A stretch of 61,472 nt of DNA, the filler included, from Sphacelaria rigidula (lineage: Eukaryota), in the NCBI GenBank assembly GCA_964200075.2. It is 11 parts of 11 records of this genome, joined end to end, with 100 filler letters (N's around TTAATTAATTAA, not from the genome) between each part and the next. Parts side by side here need not be neighbours in the genome. Positions count along the whole stretch, not along the records: positions 22,393 to 27,890 come from CAXNAA020026838.1; positions 27,991 to 33,487 come from CAXNAA020026839.1; positions 33,588 to 39,084 come from CAXNAA020026840.1; 8 more parts are not named here. One strand, 5' to 3'. Within the stretch, counting starts at the first letter, position 1, and each line of letters starts with the position of its first letter. The notes beneath the pieces were generated by a model, which was not told the DNA's origin, searched no databases, and saw only the letters and a program-made list of their open reading frames with translations. Below are positions 22,293 to 34,368 of this stretch, piece after piece. The position numbers and the translations under genes are program-made.

Positions 22293-25200
22293 NNNNNNNN
22301 NNNNNNNNNNNNNNNNNNNNNNNNNNNNNNNNNNNNTTAATTAATTAANNNNNNNNNNNNNNNNNNNNNNNNNNNNNNNNNNNNNNNNNNNNCAATGGTC
22401 GAACGACTAAGGCAAGCAACAAATAAGTACCCCCCCCCCTCCACCCCCGTCGCGCGCGCTGTCACCACACGAATACCCAAGGGCTACGAAATTGGGACAG
22501 AATCTGTGCAATACCAGATGTAACACGTTTCGGCCTCCTTGCCCCACTACATGCCGGGAAGAGGACATGCATGGATCGAACATCTGGGAAAGCATTATTA
22601 CAGATATTTTTATGCTGCTTTACCACTACTTCATAACTATCATCCTCGAAAATAAATGCCAAAATGGATGCATAGTAACACCACGCGCCAGGCTGGGTCC
22701 GCTCCGTGTCACCCATCCGAAAATGATTTAGCGCCACTGATCACAGGGGGATGTGGATGGGCACAGTGCAAGGGGAGGGAAGGACCGAGGAGAAAAGCCA
22801 TAGCTCGAGGTCAGGTGCATCATCTACAAAATACGCAACAGATACAACACGACTGATCGACCTACCAACACCCGACCCCGTACACGTGGCCACGTGAAAG
22901 AGAGCCTTCGTTGAGAGGAGAGAAAATATCCTATGTCGAAACGGCGAATCAATTGTCCTCAATTATCAACAGCAAGACAGGCAATTCGGGAAACAAACGA
23001 GAGGTGGGCCAGCAAAAAAAACATTCCGGTTGAACCGTTATGTGCTGGTCAGAGTTCGCAGTTACGAGTCGAACCTTTGTCATGAGGTATGTCCTGGCAA
23101 TACGCGAAAAATCAGGGGAAGAGCACCGAAAATTGAAAAAATGAATAAAGAAGGTGAGAGCGATCTGGATGGCTGAAAAATATGGAGATGTCCTAACTAG
23201 AAGAAGAAAAAAAAAACTCGGCTGTTCCCGTGAGTGTATCTGACCTGAGCGTAAAAAGTCCTCGTCGAGGGTTGGCTGCTAACTCTCTTAGAAAGTGGCA
23301 TCGCATCACACTTTTTGTGAATACTGTTCCGGCATTGTGCCGTCTAGTCTTCATCTAGTGTACGAATGGCAGTTTCCCGTACAGTACTTTGCGACGATGA
23401 AATTTAGAAGGAAACTTTGACTGTTTCTTTTTTTGCGTCGGGATCTGCACGATTAGAGAGTTTTGTGTAATTCGGGATAAGCCGGTTCCTACAGATCGTA
23501 GTCTGTGAGCTCGTGCTTTTCAGTTTTGATGCGTTCGACACGGTTTTCGGCTGCAGAACAGAGGACATCGCCCTCAATATCTCCCGACTGCCAGCCTGTG
23601 AAACTGTTCCGAGGAGACGCTCGCTGTCTAAGGGTAGACAGCGAGGTGTTGCTGCATATAGCCCGTCGCTCTGGGGACCCACGTTACAGAGCGTGGTGTG
23701 TACTGGGAAAGACAGCATCGTCGTCACTGCCTTGTATTCTTCTGTTTCTTCGTTATGCAGATGATGGGAACCATGTGGACGAACGCAGCGGGGGAGAGAG
23801 ACAAGACAACTCTCTACTGAACTAACTGTACTGTTCTACATCGTGCTGCGTTGTCCTGTACCATACTGTGCCTTGTTCGACTTGGTCCATCTGTATTTAT
23901 TTACAACACCTACCTTCAGAGAGAGCCATCTGTTGTGCATTGGCATAAGTTGGGTTGAAGGATGAGTGCAAGGCCCAGATGACCCACCGTAGCGTCACAG
24001 GTTCAACGCTTTCCAAACGTTTCGTGTAATTTCATCATTGGTGATACAAATAGGTTAAGGAAAAGGAAAGCAGCGGGCGGACAGGTAATACAACACTGTG
24101 CTGTTCTACAATGCAGCTTTTGGACTGCATTGTACTACTTTTGTTGTACTCTCCGCTTTAGTAAGGCTTGGTCTGTATAATAGTCACTCTCAGGGTGGGT
24201 CCTCTGCTCCGGATAACTTCTTACTTCAAACATGATTCATCATGCATGTACCATGAGCAATGCACATGCATCTTGTGAGCAACTCGCATCTCACGCAGTA
24301 CCATCCGTTACGATGATACGTATAGCAGCGCGGTTGAGCGTAGTACACTTCCATCCACGCAGAGTCCGGCGTCAAAAGCCCTCATTCGCTTGTCAATACC
24401 CGTGCAAAGCTGCTCCAGAAGCTACCACTGGCAGGAACGGCCTGTCCTGTCACAAGACTGTCCGATATGCACAGAGATGGCATTTTGTGACCACAGTACA
24501 ATACCCTCACAAAATGGTGTGGGGGTGCAACCTACCGTATCTCCACGGACGACGTATCGCGAGCTAGGTCGGGTAGGGAAATGGGCACAACACCCATACA
24601 CAGCGGATAGCGGATAGGTAACTCTTGTGAGATGTGAAATTCAACCTGTCAGAGGCCCTTCGGTGACGAGTCACGGGAATCTAGCGCCCACCAAATGCTC
24701 CCTTCCAACTGCTGCATCATGAACTGGCGAATTCTCACAGTTCTCTAGCGCAGTCAGTCACACTGTGCTGCAGGTACGGTACAATGCACCCTGGTGGTGC
24801 AGTATTACTGCCCTATGCTGTGAGTTGATTCATTCATTGGAGCACGGGGTCTCGCCCAGACGGCCGAGCGTTGTATACCACCGCTAGTTGTGTGTCTTTA
24901 CGAAGCCATGCTCGGTATAGCACAAATGGCGGGTCTGGGGAGCACCTTGTCCGTTAAGGGGAAGACGAAACAGTCCATGAATACTGTACTGTTTCTGTCG
25001 ACCACGCTGCGTCGAGAACTGTACCATTTTGTAAATTCTTCAGAGAGACGAAATCAATAGTACAGCACCTCAGGCAATCTCAGCGAACACCAAACCGTCT
25101 TCGCAAACTCTCAAAACACGACGGAAGAGTTGTAGCTACAGCGCATGACAGGACGTGAGCGTGTTGTTTGCAGCGCTGTGAAACACGACCTGTCACATGA

Positions 25201-25832
25201 TTTCTTTCTTCGCCTGATTTTCACCGGGGTCTAACCATGGTTTACCGGGCGCCAATCTTTCACGCCGTTGTGCACCTAATGTTGCACCGAGCTGTGTCCA
25301 TACATATATGATATGTGCTACACTATCAAACTCTACCTCCGCAGAGAACGCCTGCCAGAATTTTGGCCTTCAGTCCGTGCCTCGACGTGTTCTTGCCTAC
25401 GGCAAGAGGCGGACAGTAAGCTCTATTTTCGGGCGTGGTTTGGGTTGTGTCTGTTCAAAAACAGCAAAAAAATGTCATCGACTGCAAATAAAAAAACGTG
25501 TGGAGTCACCGATCGATCGACAAGGTCGTCGATCAGTCCGCATCGTTTTTGGTTCCCGGCCGATGATGTCTGTCATTGTGATTGTAACTGCCCCCATTCA
25601 ACCAATATACCTACGAGGGCATCAGCCATGGGAGGGAGTACGAACCCCGGACACAAATGACGTCATCGACTGGGAAAAATCTGATTGTCGTGCCTCAGTG
25701 GCCGTTCGACAAGATATTCGACGAGTCCGTATCGTGACCGTCCACGGCCAACGATATCTGAATTTTTTATCGTAACTGGTCCGATTCAACCAATATATAC
25801 CCGTGCGCATCAACCATGGCTGGGGGTGCGGG

Positions 25833-26343
25833 TGTTCGGTAGAGTCTAGAGCTATATGGCTTGAGCAACCAATGCTCAACCAAAAACGTAGAAGGCAATC
25901 TCGCACAGCGTCCGCTGTCGAAGATGAAGTCACAGAAGCAGAAGTGTGTGGTTGTTTTTTTCTGTCTCATTCAAATCAGCCCGCTCATGGGTAGGAAAGC
26001 ACACACACACACACATTCAAACACGGTGGGGCGACTAATGCGGAGGTGCATCTCCATCGAGAATCCTTCTCGAGCTACGAAAAATATTTCCTGTTTCATC
26101 CCGCAGAAACATCGTATACCACAAAGCTCCCCGTCGTTCCCGGACCATTCGAGAACAAAAGTGACAGCAACGAACACATTTAAGAACATTCCGAGAATCG
26201 CTCCGAACCGTCGTTCTACAGTACCATTCCTGGGAATCACCAGTACCGTTTCCCATCGGTTAATCCGCCACATTTTCCTCCGATAGTCTCGTTATAATGT
26301 TCTGGATCTTACATTTACCATGAGTGGAATCACACGATTAACA
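25833..26343 (-). mobile_element. Candidate 3' LTR of the adjacent copia element
   Basis: On minus, a purine tract (agggaggg, 26344-26351) directly precedes TGTTAA. A possible ...CCGAACA end lies at 25833. The far boundary is inferred because no second LTR is available for comparison. Confidence 0.45.
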
Positions 26344-26662
26344 CCCTCCCTGATTTTGCACACTGGGGAATCAAACGCATGTCGAAAATTGGGATCAACA
26401 CGCAAGAAAAAGATTCAGACTACTTCGGCCAAAAACCGTTTGCTGTTTCCGAAGAAACACAAATCACACCAAGCTATGACCGAAATATAGTTTGGCCTCG
26501 GCTATCACACGAGTCTCGTGAGAATGCGCTTTGCTCCTAATGAGACACACTCAGCTACAACCTCGCGGCCGCACCTCACTCCAAACGCTCATAGCTTGAC
26601 GTAGAAAATACAACGTCCAACACTATAAACCGGTCTTACTTCAACCTTCAAGATTGTCAAAG

Positions 26663-27230
26663 TCACTTGTTCACCAGAACATTCCTGTGGTACGTGAAGC
26701 TACCAACAGGCAAAGGTTCTGTCAAACCGTCTGCGTGCTGCTGAGGAGACTTGACATAGTCCACTCGAATGATTTGTTCAGACACTAATTTCCTCAGAGA
26801 ATGATGACGCACATCAATGTGCTTGCTGTTGTGGGAGCTTCCTGGATTTTTCGCGAGTTGCATCGCCCCCTGGTTATCCTCATTCACCGTTAGTGGCATA
26901 CAAAATTCCTTCCTTTGCGGCTGCATAAATTTCAGCACCGCCTTTACGAATAGAGCATCCTTCACTACGTCGCCCATCGCTATGTATTCAGCCTGAGTAA
27001 ACGAGAGAGTGACATTCTTTTGAATGCAAGAGAAAAACCGTACAACAGCCCCGCAGAAAAATATCGCCCCTCCCGCGACTGAACGCCAATAATTGAATTT
27101 CGCATAATCTGCATCCGCATACGCCACCAACTCGTCACTTGAACCCCTAGCATGCGCGATTCCCAAGTCTACTGTTGTCATGACGTATTCGAAAATCCGC
27201 AACACTTTGCGCCAGTCCTCAGGTCCACAC
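26663..27230 (-). pseudogene. Ty1/copia pol C-terminus (end of RT plus RNase H)
   Basis: PEDWRKVLRIFEY..LGI..LVAYADADYA..RSVAGG..QKNVTLS..AEYIA..EDNQGA..LAKNP..SKHIDVRHH..R..V..QHADGLT, the canonical copia RNase H motifs. It is 5'-truncated. Confidence 0.93.
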
Positions 27231-27504
27231 GTGGACAGATAGCACCCCCTGTGGAGGGGTTCTACAGGGTTTACTTACCCTGCGCAGTGTTTCTGGCGGG
27301 AATTTTACGGTGAAGTGTTTCCCAGCGTAACACAGGACGCTTCACAGGGTTTCTTTACAGTGGTCATGAGTAGTGTGCATCACAGGGTTCCGTCGACCCG
27401 TGAAGAGTTCATCCCTGCTTGCAATGCTGTGCAGTGTGTTTACGCACAAACACTACCCTCCACATGCAGCTGCGGGCGAGGTACTGGCCGAAAAAAAGGA
27501 CTGA

Positions 27505-27575
27505 GTAACGATGGTCGGGGGATCGAACCCTCAACTTCATCGTTACAAGAATTATCGGCTGTAAACTGACCTACA
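27505..27575 (-). mobile_element. Degenerate tRNA-derived (SINE-like) head
   Basis: The minus strand has a B-box-like gggttcgatcccc followed by a T-run. It does not form a complete cloverleaf. Confidence 0.35.
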
Positions 27576-28229
27576 CATGGAAGTCATTGGGAATGCGGCG
27601 CATTCTTTGTACTTTTGAATTTTAGGAATTTTCAATTTTGGGGCCCTCGGAGGTCCGTGTGAACACTGAAATCCCCCGGATTGCTTCTAGAGGCACAAGT
27701 GCGCTGGAAAGCTGGAATTTGGACAGCCTCTGCTGTTCGAAATACATCCTGTAATTCCAAACTTGGAATAGGAAAAAAATTGATTCATTTCGAAGAGCTT
27801 AAGCCGCACAGATAATCCCATATAACAATGTTTTCGTGAGATTGAGAGTAGATGATACGATTGAGAGTGAAAAGCGGTCAATCAGTGAATNNNNNNNNNN
27901 NNNNNNNNNNNNNNNNNNNNNNNNNNNNNNNNNNTTAATTAATTAANNNNNNNNNNNNNNNNNNNNNNNNNNNNNNNNNNNNNNNNNNNNTTTCGTTTGT
28001 GGTGGGTGATGGGCAATGGATACGCTCAAACTCACCCATTCATTGCCGGTGACAGCAAGGTTCGATCTTACACCTCCGCACTCGTGCAACACCTGTCGAA
28101 CTTACAGCACAGTCGCTACTGACAACGATTTTAATGCGTGGTAGGAAGTGGTGTTGGTGATTACTTGAACAGCTACTGTTCAAATCTAGGACCTTAACTT
28201 AGCTTACACAAGGGATCAAAAGGAAAAAC

Positions 28230-28592
28230 TATAGTAGTAGGCGCCTCAACTGTTCATTTAGTAATTTTTTTGTATTTAGCAATTGTCTCAGCTCTTTCGC
28301 TTGCCACCGTTCATCGCACTGGGGATCTGAAGATACTTGTATCCGCTCCACATTTCAAGGGGGAAGAAAACATATGTACTCAATATTAAGCAACGTTCGG
28401 GCTTACCGGTCATCGGGGGTTCTGCCACTTTTCAGCCCAGAATAACTGTATCCCACGGTCAATAAAACCCTTCCGATGAACGGGGTATCTACTCCTCTCG
28501 CCCGATAATACCAACTGACACTAAGTTGGGCACTGTGTTTTGAGGACAATCTGCTTATTTTACCAAAATCTACCGACGCTGGCACTTTCAAG
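28230..28592 (-). repeat. Dispersed repeat homologous to 43650-44137 (opposite orientation), lacking an internal block of about 110 bp
   Basis: Colinear matches include cggtagattttggta, aaacacagtgcccaa, ttattgaccgtg, cccccgatgaccggt, aatattgagtaca, aatgtggagcggatacaa and ggtggcaagcgaaa. Confidence 0.88.
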
Positions 28593-28941
28593 AAAAATCC
28601 CAGAACAATCCTAGACAGTTCAAGCGCCCAGCAGTGTATGCACCTCATACCCCGCCCGCCCTTGCAACTTAATGCCCAACAATACGAGGGAGGAGGAGGG
28701 ATCATGGCATTCCTCAACTCCAAACTGCGCAATTGAACCGGTCACACTGGTTCATCGGGAAAACCGGTTTAACTGCCATAATAACGCCTCCCTTTTCCGG
28801 TTTAACCAGAAAAAAGACGGTACACGATTTCATTCCAGAACCGTAACCAATAAACGCCTATTGGGGTTTCCAAGAACCGGTTATAACCGGGGGGGGTTAG
28901 ACAGATGCCTACCTCTAGTCAACACCAACCTGCTGCTTTAA

Positions 28942-29041
28942 CCCTTAGAAGACGAGAGTAGGTTACCTGTTGAATCGGCATCAATTTCACTTGAAAAATT
29001 ATGCCTGATCCAGATGGACTGCCCTCCTCGCGGTCTAAGGG
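28942..29041. mobile_element. 100-bp piggyBac-like MITE with TTAA TSD
   Basis: ttaa|cccttaga ... tctaaggg|ttaa. A related one-ended copy starts at ~8767 (ttaaccccttgaccgcgagg..atttttcaagtgaaattg). Confidence 0.8.
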
Positions 29042-29055
29042 TTAAGACACACCTG

Positions 29056-29702
29056 CAGTGCCGGCACGCTCTTAAGAATATGGCAGTGAAGAATTTGAGG
29101 CTCAAAAAAATCAAAATCTAAGAACTTGCCCCTAAAAAAACGTGCTCAGATTGAACGTGATGTTAAGAACAAGAACACACTTGAGGTGTACCAATGACGC
29201 TACAGATAAGAACAAGAGTAACGTGGCGGCTGCGAGGTAAAACATTCGCAGGGGGAGGGGGCGAGGGATGGGCGATCCCAGTATTGGATTTGGGAGGGAG
29301 CTGGGTGTGTTGAGTGGGTACATCGGTCGGCATATTTCTACTCCCACGGGCAGATTCCCTGAACGTCCCCCTAAACTAGAACCACTTCCGGAGCACGTTT
29401 GAGCAGACCCGCCGGTCCGACTAACATATTTTTGAAAGCACCCCCGGACAAGGGAGCCCACACACGGTTCACCCACGGCACATAGTATGACACGCACACG
29501 AACAGCACCATAGCCCACAATACACGCACACACCAATAATTGAGCAATCGGTGTTGACAAAAGAACAAGAACCCCATTTCTGGAGGAAAACCGGACGACG
29601 AAATAAGAACTTGGCAAATAAGAACTGGTGCTAGGGTTGGGGCAGCCAACAAGAACTGAGCCCCGCTCAACATAGGAGGTTCTTAAGTGCGGACTGGCAC
29701 TG
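29056..29702. mobile_element. Tc1/mariner-type MITE (CAGT termini)
   Basis: TIR cagtgccggcacgctcttaagaa against the reverse complement of ttcttaagtgcggactggcactg (4 mismatches in 23). TA lies on the right and TG on the left. aagaac motifs are frequent internally. Confidence 0.72.
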
Positions 29703-30746
29703 TACGTCAAGTTTCAGCATCATCAGACGCCAGGTGTACTGTGTTGTGGCGCCTAATCTCCAAAACACCGCCTCTATGGTGCAGTAGTGAAAAGGAACAA
29801 CACTGCTCGTCTATGTCGATGAGATAGGGTTGTGAGAGCTTGAATCCGTTTCAAGGCTGACCCAGCTCGTATCTTCCATGAGGCAGCTGCTGGCGGTGTA
29901 GCCGCCGCAGAGAAGGATGAAAGATGCATCGCTGGGGGCGGGGGGGTCGCGTACCCTTGCAACACGTGTAAATCAAACGCGGAGTATCTCCGCAGCAGCT
30001 GGCTGTCTGTGTATGTAGGAGTGCAGTAGAGCACACGAAAGCCCAGTACTTACTGGTATAGCTCTTGATGAACAAGTCATTGCCCAGCTACCGGACGGAA
30101 GTCAAGTTGGAAAAATCATGCCGCACTGTTGTCACCTGCGCGGCAGCCGCAGGTGGTGGTACTCCTTCCGTACAGGGATGCGACGACGAGTTGCCTGTAG
30201 TGTTGAGCACAGTCTGCACACACACCACATGTACTTCCATCCAGGTGCAGTCTTACGCCGAAAGAAAAAATAAATCACAAGTATGAAGAAGCCCGCATAC
30301 AAGAGTCATTGTATAAGACGTCAGGTGGAACCAGGCACAAAGTAGGTGCGCTTCACACGACCGGGGAGCTTCACAGCAAGAAGTGCATGCCCGACACGGG
30401 ACATCACTGCGAAGATCTCAAGAAGGCAGGACAGTCGGCGCTGGTTGATGGCTGAAAAGGTGACGTTTAAGTGACAAACCACGGTGGTGGACGCAAGAAT
30501 ACTGTTGATGTGCACCCTTAGCATGTGGAGACCATGGTATGGAGATGTGTGGCGTCCACGCAGGTCGAACCGGGTCTGCAGCACAGAGACGGTGTTGCCC
30601 ATCATCATGTATAGATTCCATGGGAAAAAGAACTGTGAAATGGTTTAGGGCGTGCTCTTCGCGCCACGATGATCCGCAGGCACCCCTGGTGTAAAAGTTG
30701 GACCGCGTGAAGTTTGACAATTGCAACAGTTTTTTCATGAATCCCT

Positions 30747-31282
30747 CACACCCTGGACAATAGACATGGTAATGGTCTATTGCTGCACTATTAGCTACGG
30801 TGATGATCATATCGATATCCATTGTGGAGAACAATGACTCCAACATATATTTGTCCATATCCATTGCTGGAAACAATGTACTGGGTGATGTTTTCATCGA
30901 TATATATCTTTACTGGCAATGATGTGTGAAATATTACACCGATGGGCACTGGTCGGTAACGATAAATTTAGGTTCATGCCACCGATACACATCGTGCATG
31001 GAAATGGACAATGAAAAGTTCATGTCAATACACATGGTCCTTCGCCATAGATTCCGCAAATTTCCATCAATATAAATGGTCTGTGACAATGAATTTTCGA
31101 AACGTTCCATCGATATACATGGCCACCAGCAATGGATTCTAATTCCTTGTGTCAATACACATGGTCAGGACAATGGACGGAGAAATTTCAGCGTTGATAG
31201 CCATTACGATCGAGAATATACTCGTCTATTACGGTGAATTCTATTGCTACATCAATAGATGCCTTCTATTGTCCAGGGTGTG
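30747..31282. mobile_element. Longer (536-bp) member of the CACACCCTGGACAATA TIR family
   Basis: cacaccctggacaataga and tctattgtccagggtgtg are perfect inverted ends, with internal degenerate ccat..aatga repeats. No TSD is retained. Confidence 0.8.
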
Positions 31283-31497
31283 GTACACGTATTTGTGGTA
31301 GCACATGAGCTGTCCGACGTGTGCAAGGTTGAAAAGGGTAGTAGTGTTTTTGCAGATTGAATTTTTGTCTGCCCTAGGAAGCGCCTTAAGAGGAGGACAA
31401 TCGTGTAAACAAGACAGCATCCATCCACCCCTAAGCAATCACAACAGCCAAAATCGACATCGCAGCTCGTGACGCTCAGCAGGTAGGAAACCTCATC

Positions 31498-33130
31498 ATG
31501 CCTGGCGATACCAGTAGTGCTGATGCGACGGAGGCTCCATCACCACCCGCCGCTGCGGGGGCAGCCGCCGCACCCATTATTGTTCCCGACGGCAATGTCG
31601 CCGCCTCGGGTGGGGGGAGCGACGACCACGCTCTGGTGAACACGACAGTATCATCCAGTATCTACAGTGTGTCTGCAATCCAGCACGCTCAAAAGGTGTT
31701 CGAGTGCCCGGAAGGGTACAAGCTGTACGTCATCGCCATTAAAGAAAAAAAACACCCATGTATGCCAATGGGGTGCGCGTGGTGGCTACAGGGAACTTTG
31801 ATCCCAAGAAACCTATCCCCCACCGGTGGTACTGCATGGCCAGCAAGAGGTGCCGAGATCGTAAGGCGTGCATCGAAATCAACGCCAAGAACACAACGGC
31901 GGCGACGTATCATCTGTCTAGCGTTCACGGGATCATGTCGAGCAGAGGACAGGACGTCATACAAAAATGAGAAATGCGGGTACTATCCGTAGCCCACGCC
32001 CGTTTCAACTAGGGGAATGGCCTGTTGTTGAATTAACTTTTGATGCAGTACTATTCCAGGCTTTTTGTTTCATTCAATTTTGTATTCATTGTAAGTTGAT
32101 ATTTGTATAACATTATCCAATTTGAATTTTTACTGTTGTAGGACCAATTATTTTAGACTGAACAGAATTTTATAATTCCATCTAATTTAATTGCTATTTC
32201 CTCTCGTAGATATGCCTGTACAATGATACTGTTAGTTTAGCTTTGTTTTACTTGATTTTGTATCGAGTGGATTGGCAATGTTAGACCAACCCCTGTGCCG
32301 TTCAATTGTTTTGCGCTCAACATTTAATTTTTGGCACGTTTGATCTCGTTTTTGACCCCCAAACAGGGAAAATTGCCAACAGGCGTCTTGGACACTTAGC
32401 ATCACCACAAGGAGAGGAGTCTAACCCATTTTCCCGATCGCTTGACTCCGAGGTTTCGAGATTGACCCCAGGCAAAAAATGGAGGGCCCGTTGATATTTT
32501 TTGCCTGGGGCAATTCTCGACACCTCGGAGTCAAGCGAATCGGAAAAATAGGCTAGACTCCTCTCCGTGAGGTGATGCAAAGTGTTCGAGACGCCTGTTG
32601 GCAATTTTCCCCGTTTGCTGGTCAAAAACTGGATCAAACGTCTCAGAAGTGGAACTTTGAGCGCAAAACGTTTGAACGGCATGAGAGTTGGTCTTAGTTT
32701 TTTATACCGTATATTCACATACTTCGAAGTATCTTTTTTATATTTCAAAAGGAAACAAATGTCATGTGTTTTTGTTCATTTTGAGGAAGATCCTCATCGT
32801 ATTGTCAGTCAAGTGATGGCCAACTCAAAGCAGTTGTTTCAACACGCATGTATCTGAACTGCTGTACCTTGAACTGGTTGAATCATGTGTTCTATTTGAT
32901 ATCTGTCGCAGGAGGAAGGACAAAACGACGGCTTTGGAGGCAGTTCTCGAGAGCAAGCTCTACAAAGACGACCCCGTCAGGTACATGGCGTTGACGTACG
33001 TGAAGAACCTAGTCGTGGAGCTGAACCTCCCCTTCTCGGCATTCGATGGCGAAAAGCAACAACTGTGGGTACAGGTGGTTGGCAGCATGGACGACGCCCA
33101 CACACCGAGCTTGGGACCGAAGATGGGATT
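31498..33130 (+). pseudogene. hAT-like transposase 5' fragment (BED-type zinc finger exon, intron, xLPF exon)
   Basis: Exon 1 has a frameshift in the A-run at ~31745-31752 and ends in RWYCMASKRC..NTTAATYHLSSVHGI (BED-like C..C..H..H). A decayed donor (atgaga at 31967) and acceptor tctgtcgcag (32911) are phase-compatible. Exon 2 contains YVKNLVVELNLPFSAFD, resembling the hAT 'xLPF' region. Confidence 0.6.
32283..32694. mobile_element. Fold-back MITE inserted in the putative hAT intron
   Basis: Arms of about 190 bp: agaccaac..tgccgttcaa..aaaattgccaacaggcgtc..gcttgactccgagg..ccccaggcaaaaaat and their reverse complements. Confidence 0.9.
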
Positions 33131-33315
33131 GAAACAGGTACTTGCGGGGAGCTAGTTGTTGATTCGGTGACGAGCAGTTATAGGAAAGCTGTTAACAACA
33201 AATTGTGCGAATTGAGGTTCAACTCCGAGATGAGGTTCAAGCCTAAAACAATGCTTTCCCCACACTATCAGCGATGGTGCCCGATGACGTTTTTGTCGTC
33301 CTAATGCCCCTCGAT

Positions 33316-33487
33316 CGCGTAGAAGATACTTCTTCAGCGCAATTCATCGACTCTGTGAGCTTACAGCGCTGACCGAAACCGCCATTTTCCCGGATATTAC
33401 CCCCCTAAAAAGGGGGGGAAATGACGGTTACGGTCAGCGCTGTAAGCTCACAGAGTCGGTGAATTGCGCTGAAGAAGTATCTACGCG
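33316..33487. mobile_element. Fold-back element running into the contig end
   Basis: agatacttcttcagcgcaattca.cgactctgtgagcttacagcgctgaccg is inverted nearly perfectly at 33431-33482. Confidence 0.85.
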
Positions 33488-33649
33488 NNNNNNNNNNNNN
33501 NNNNNNNNNNNNNNNNNNNNNNNNNNNNNNNTTAATTAATTAANNNNNNNNNNNNNNNNNNNNNNNNNNNNNNNNNNNNNNNNNNNNGCCACTTCCAGAG
33601 ACAGCCACGGCTTTTACACTGCCTCATGGGTGCATACCAGCGTAAAGTA

Positions 33650-34368
33650 CAGGAGGTGGCCCTATATAGTGCGGGTATGTGTCACGAAAATTTACCCGCA
33701 CGATACCGGGCACCCGCACTATATGAAAATCGGCCTGATTAGTGCGCTTTCCCGCACTATTCAGGGTTCTAAGAACCCCCAATAGTGCGGGAAGGCACAC
33801 TACTGACGATTATACTAGTTTAAAGCATACGAGGCAGCCTACAGCGAGGTGTATGAAGGCATACAGGGTGTTGGATGTGTCGTCTACACGGATAGGAACC
33901 TGCGCCTGCTTGTGATGCGAAGAGGACAGCATATTGCAGCGGTGAATACAGTATCCGCATCCTGAACACGGGTGAAACGACAGAACAGCAGGACAGTACA
34001 GACGATGGGGGGCTACTGGTGTTCGGGTGCTGACTTGGCAGAGTTCGCCTGCTGCACAAGGCATCGTATACCTCTCCGCTGTTCTCGTGGCCAGTAGGGG
34101 TCTGCTGCTAGGCGGTACGGGTACAGTGCTGTAGCATTGGTGGTTGCGTTTTGTGCGTGATTTGTGCGTGTATTTGCGGTGGTTCAACCGCATATAGGGC
34201 GGGGGTGACGTCAGACCCGCATTATATAGGGTTGTGCAGTGAACCAAACCCGCATTATAGAGGCACCCCCTCTATAGTGCGGTAACCGCACTATAGAGGG
34301 GTCTAAGTTGTACCAAGCGATTTTACCCGCACAATATCGGACACCCGCAATATACAGGGCCACCTACG
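33650..34368 (-). mobile_element. TA-flanked non-autonomous Tc1/mariner-type element with a Cys-rich ORF remnant
   Basis: Imperfect TIR aggtggccctatatagtgcgggt and acccgcaatatacagggccacct, with TA outside both ends. cccgca(c/t)tat repeats occur throughout. The minus strand from 34064 reads MPCAAGELC..HPCSGCGYCIHRC. Confidence 0.7.
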
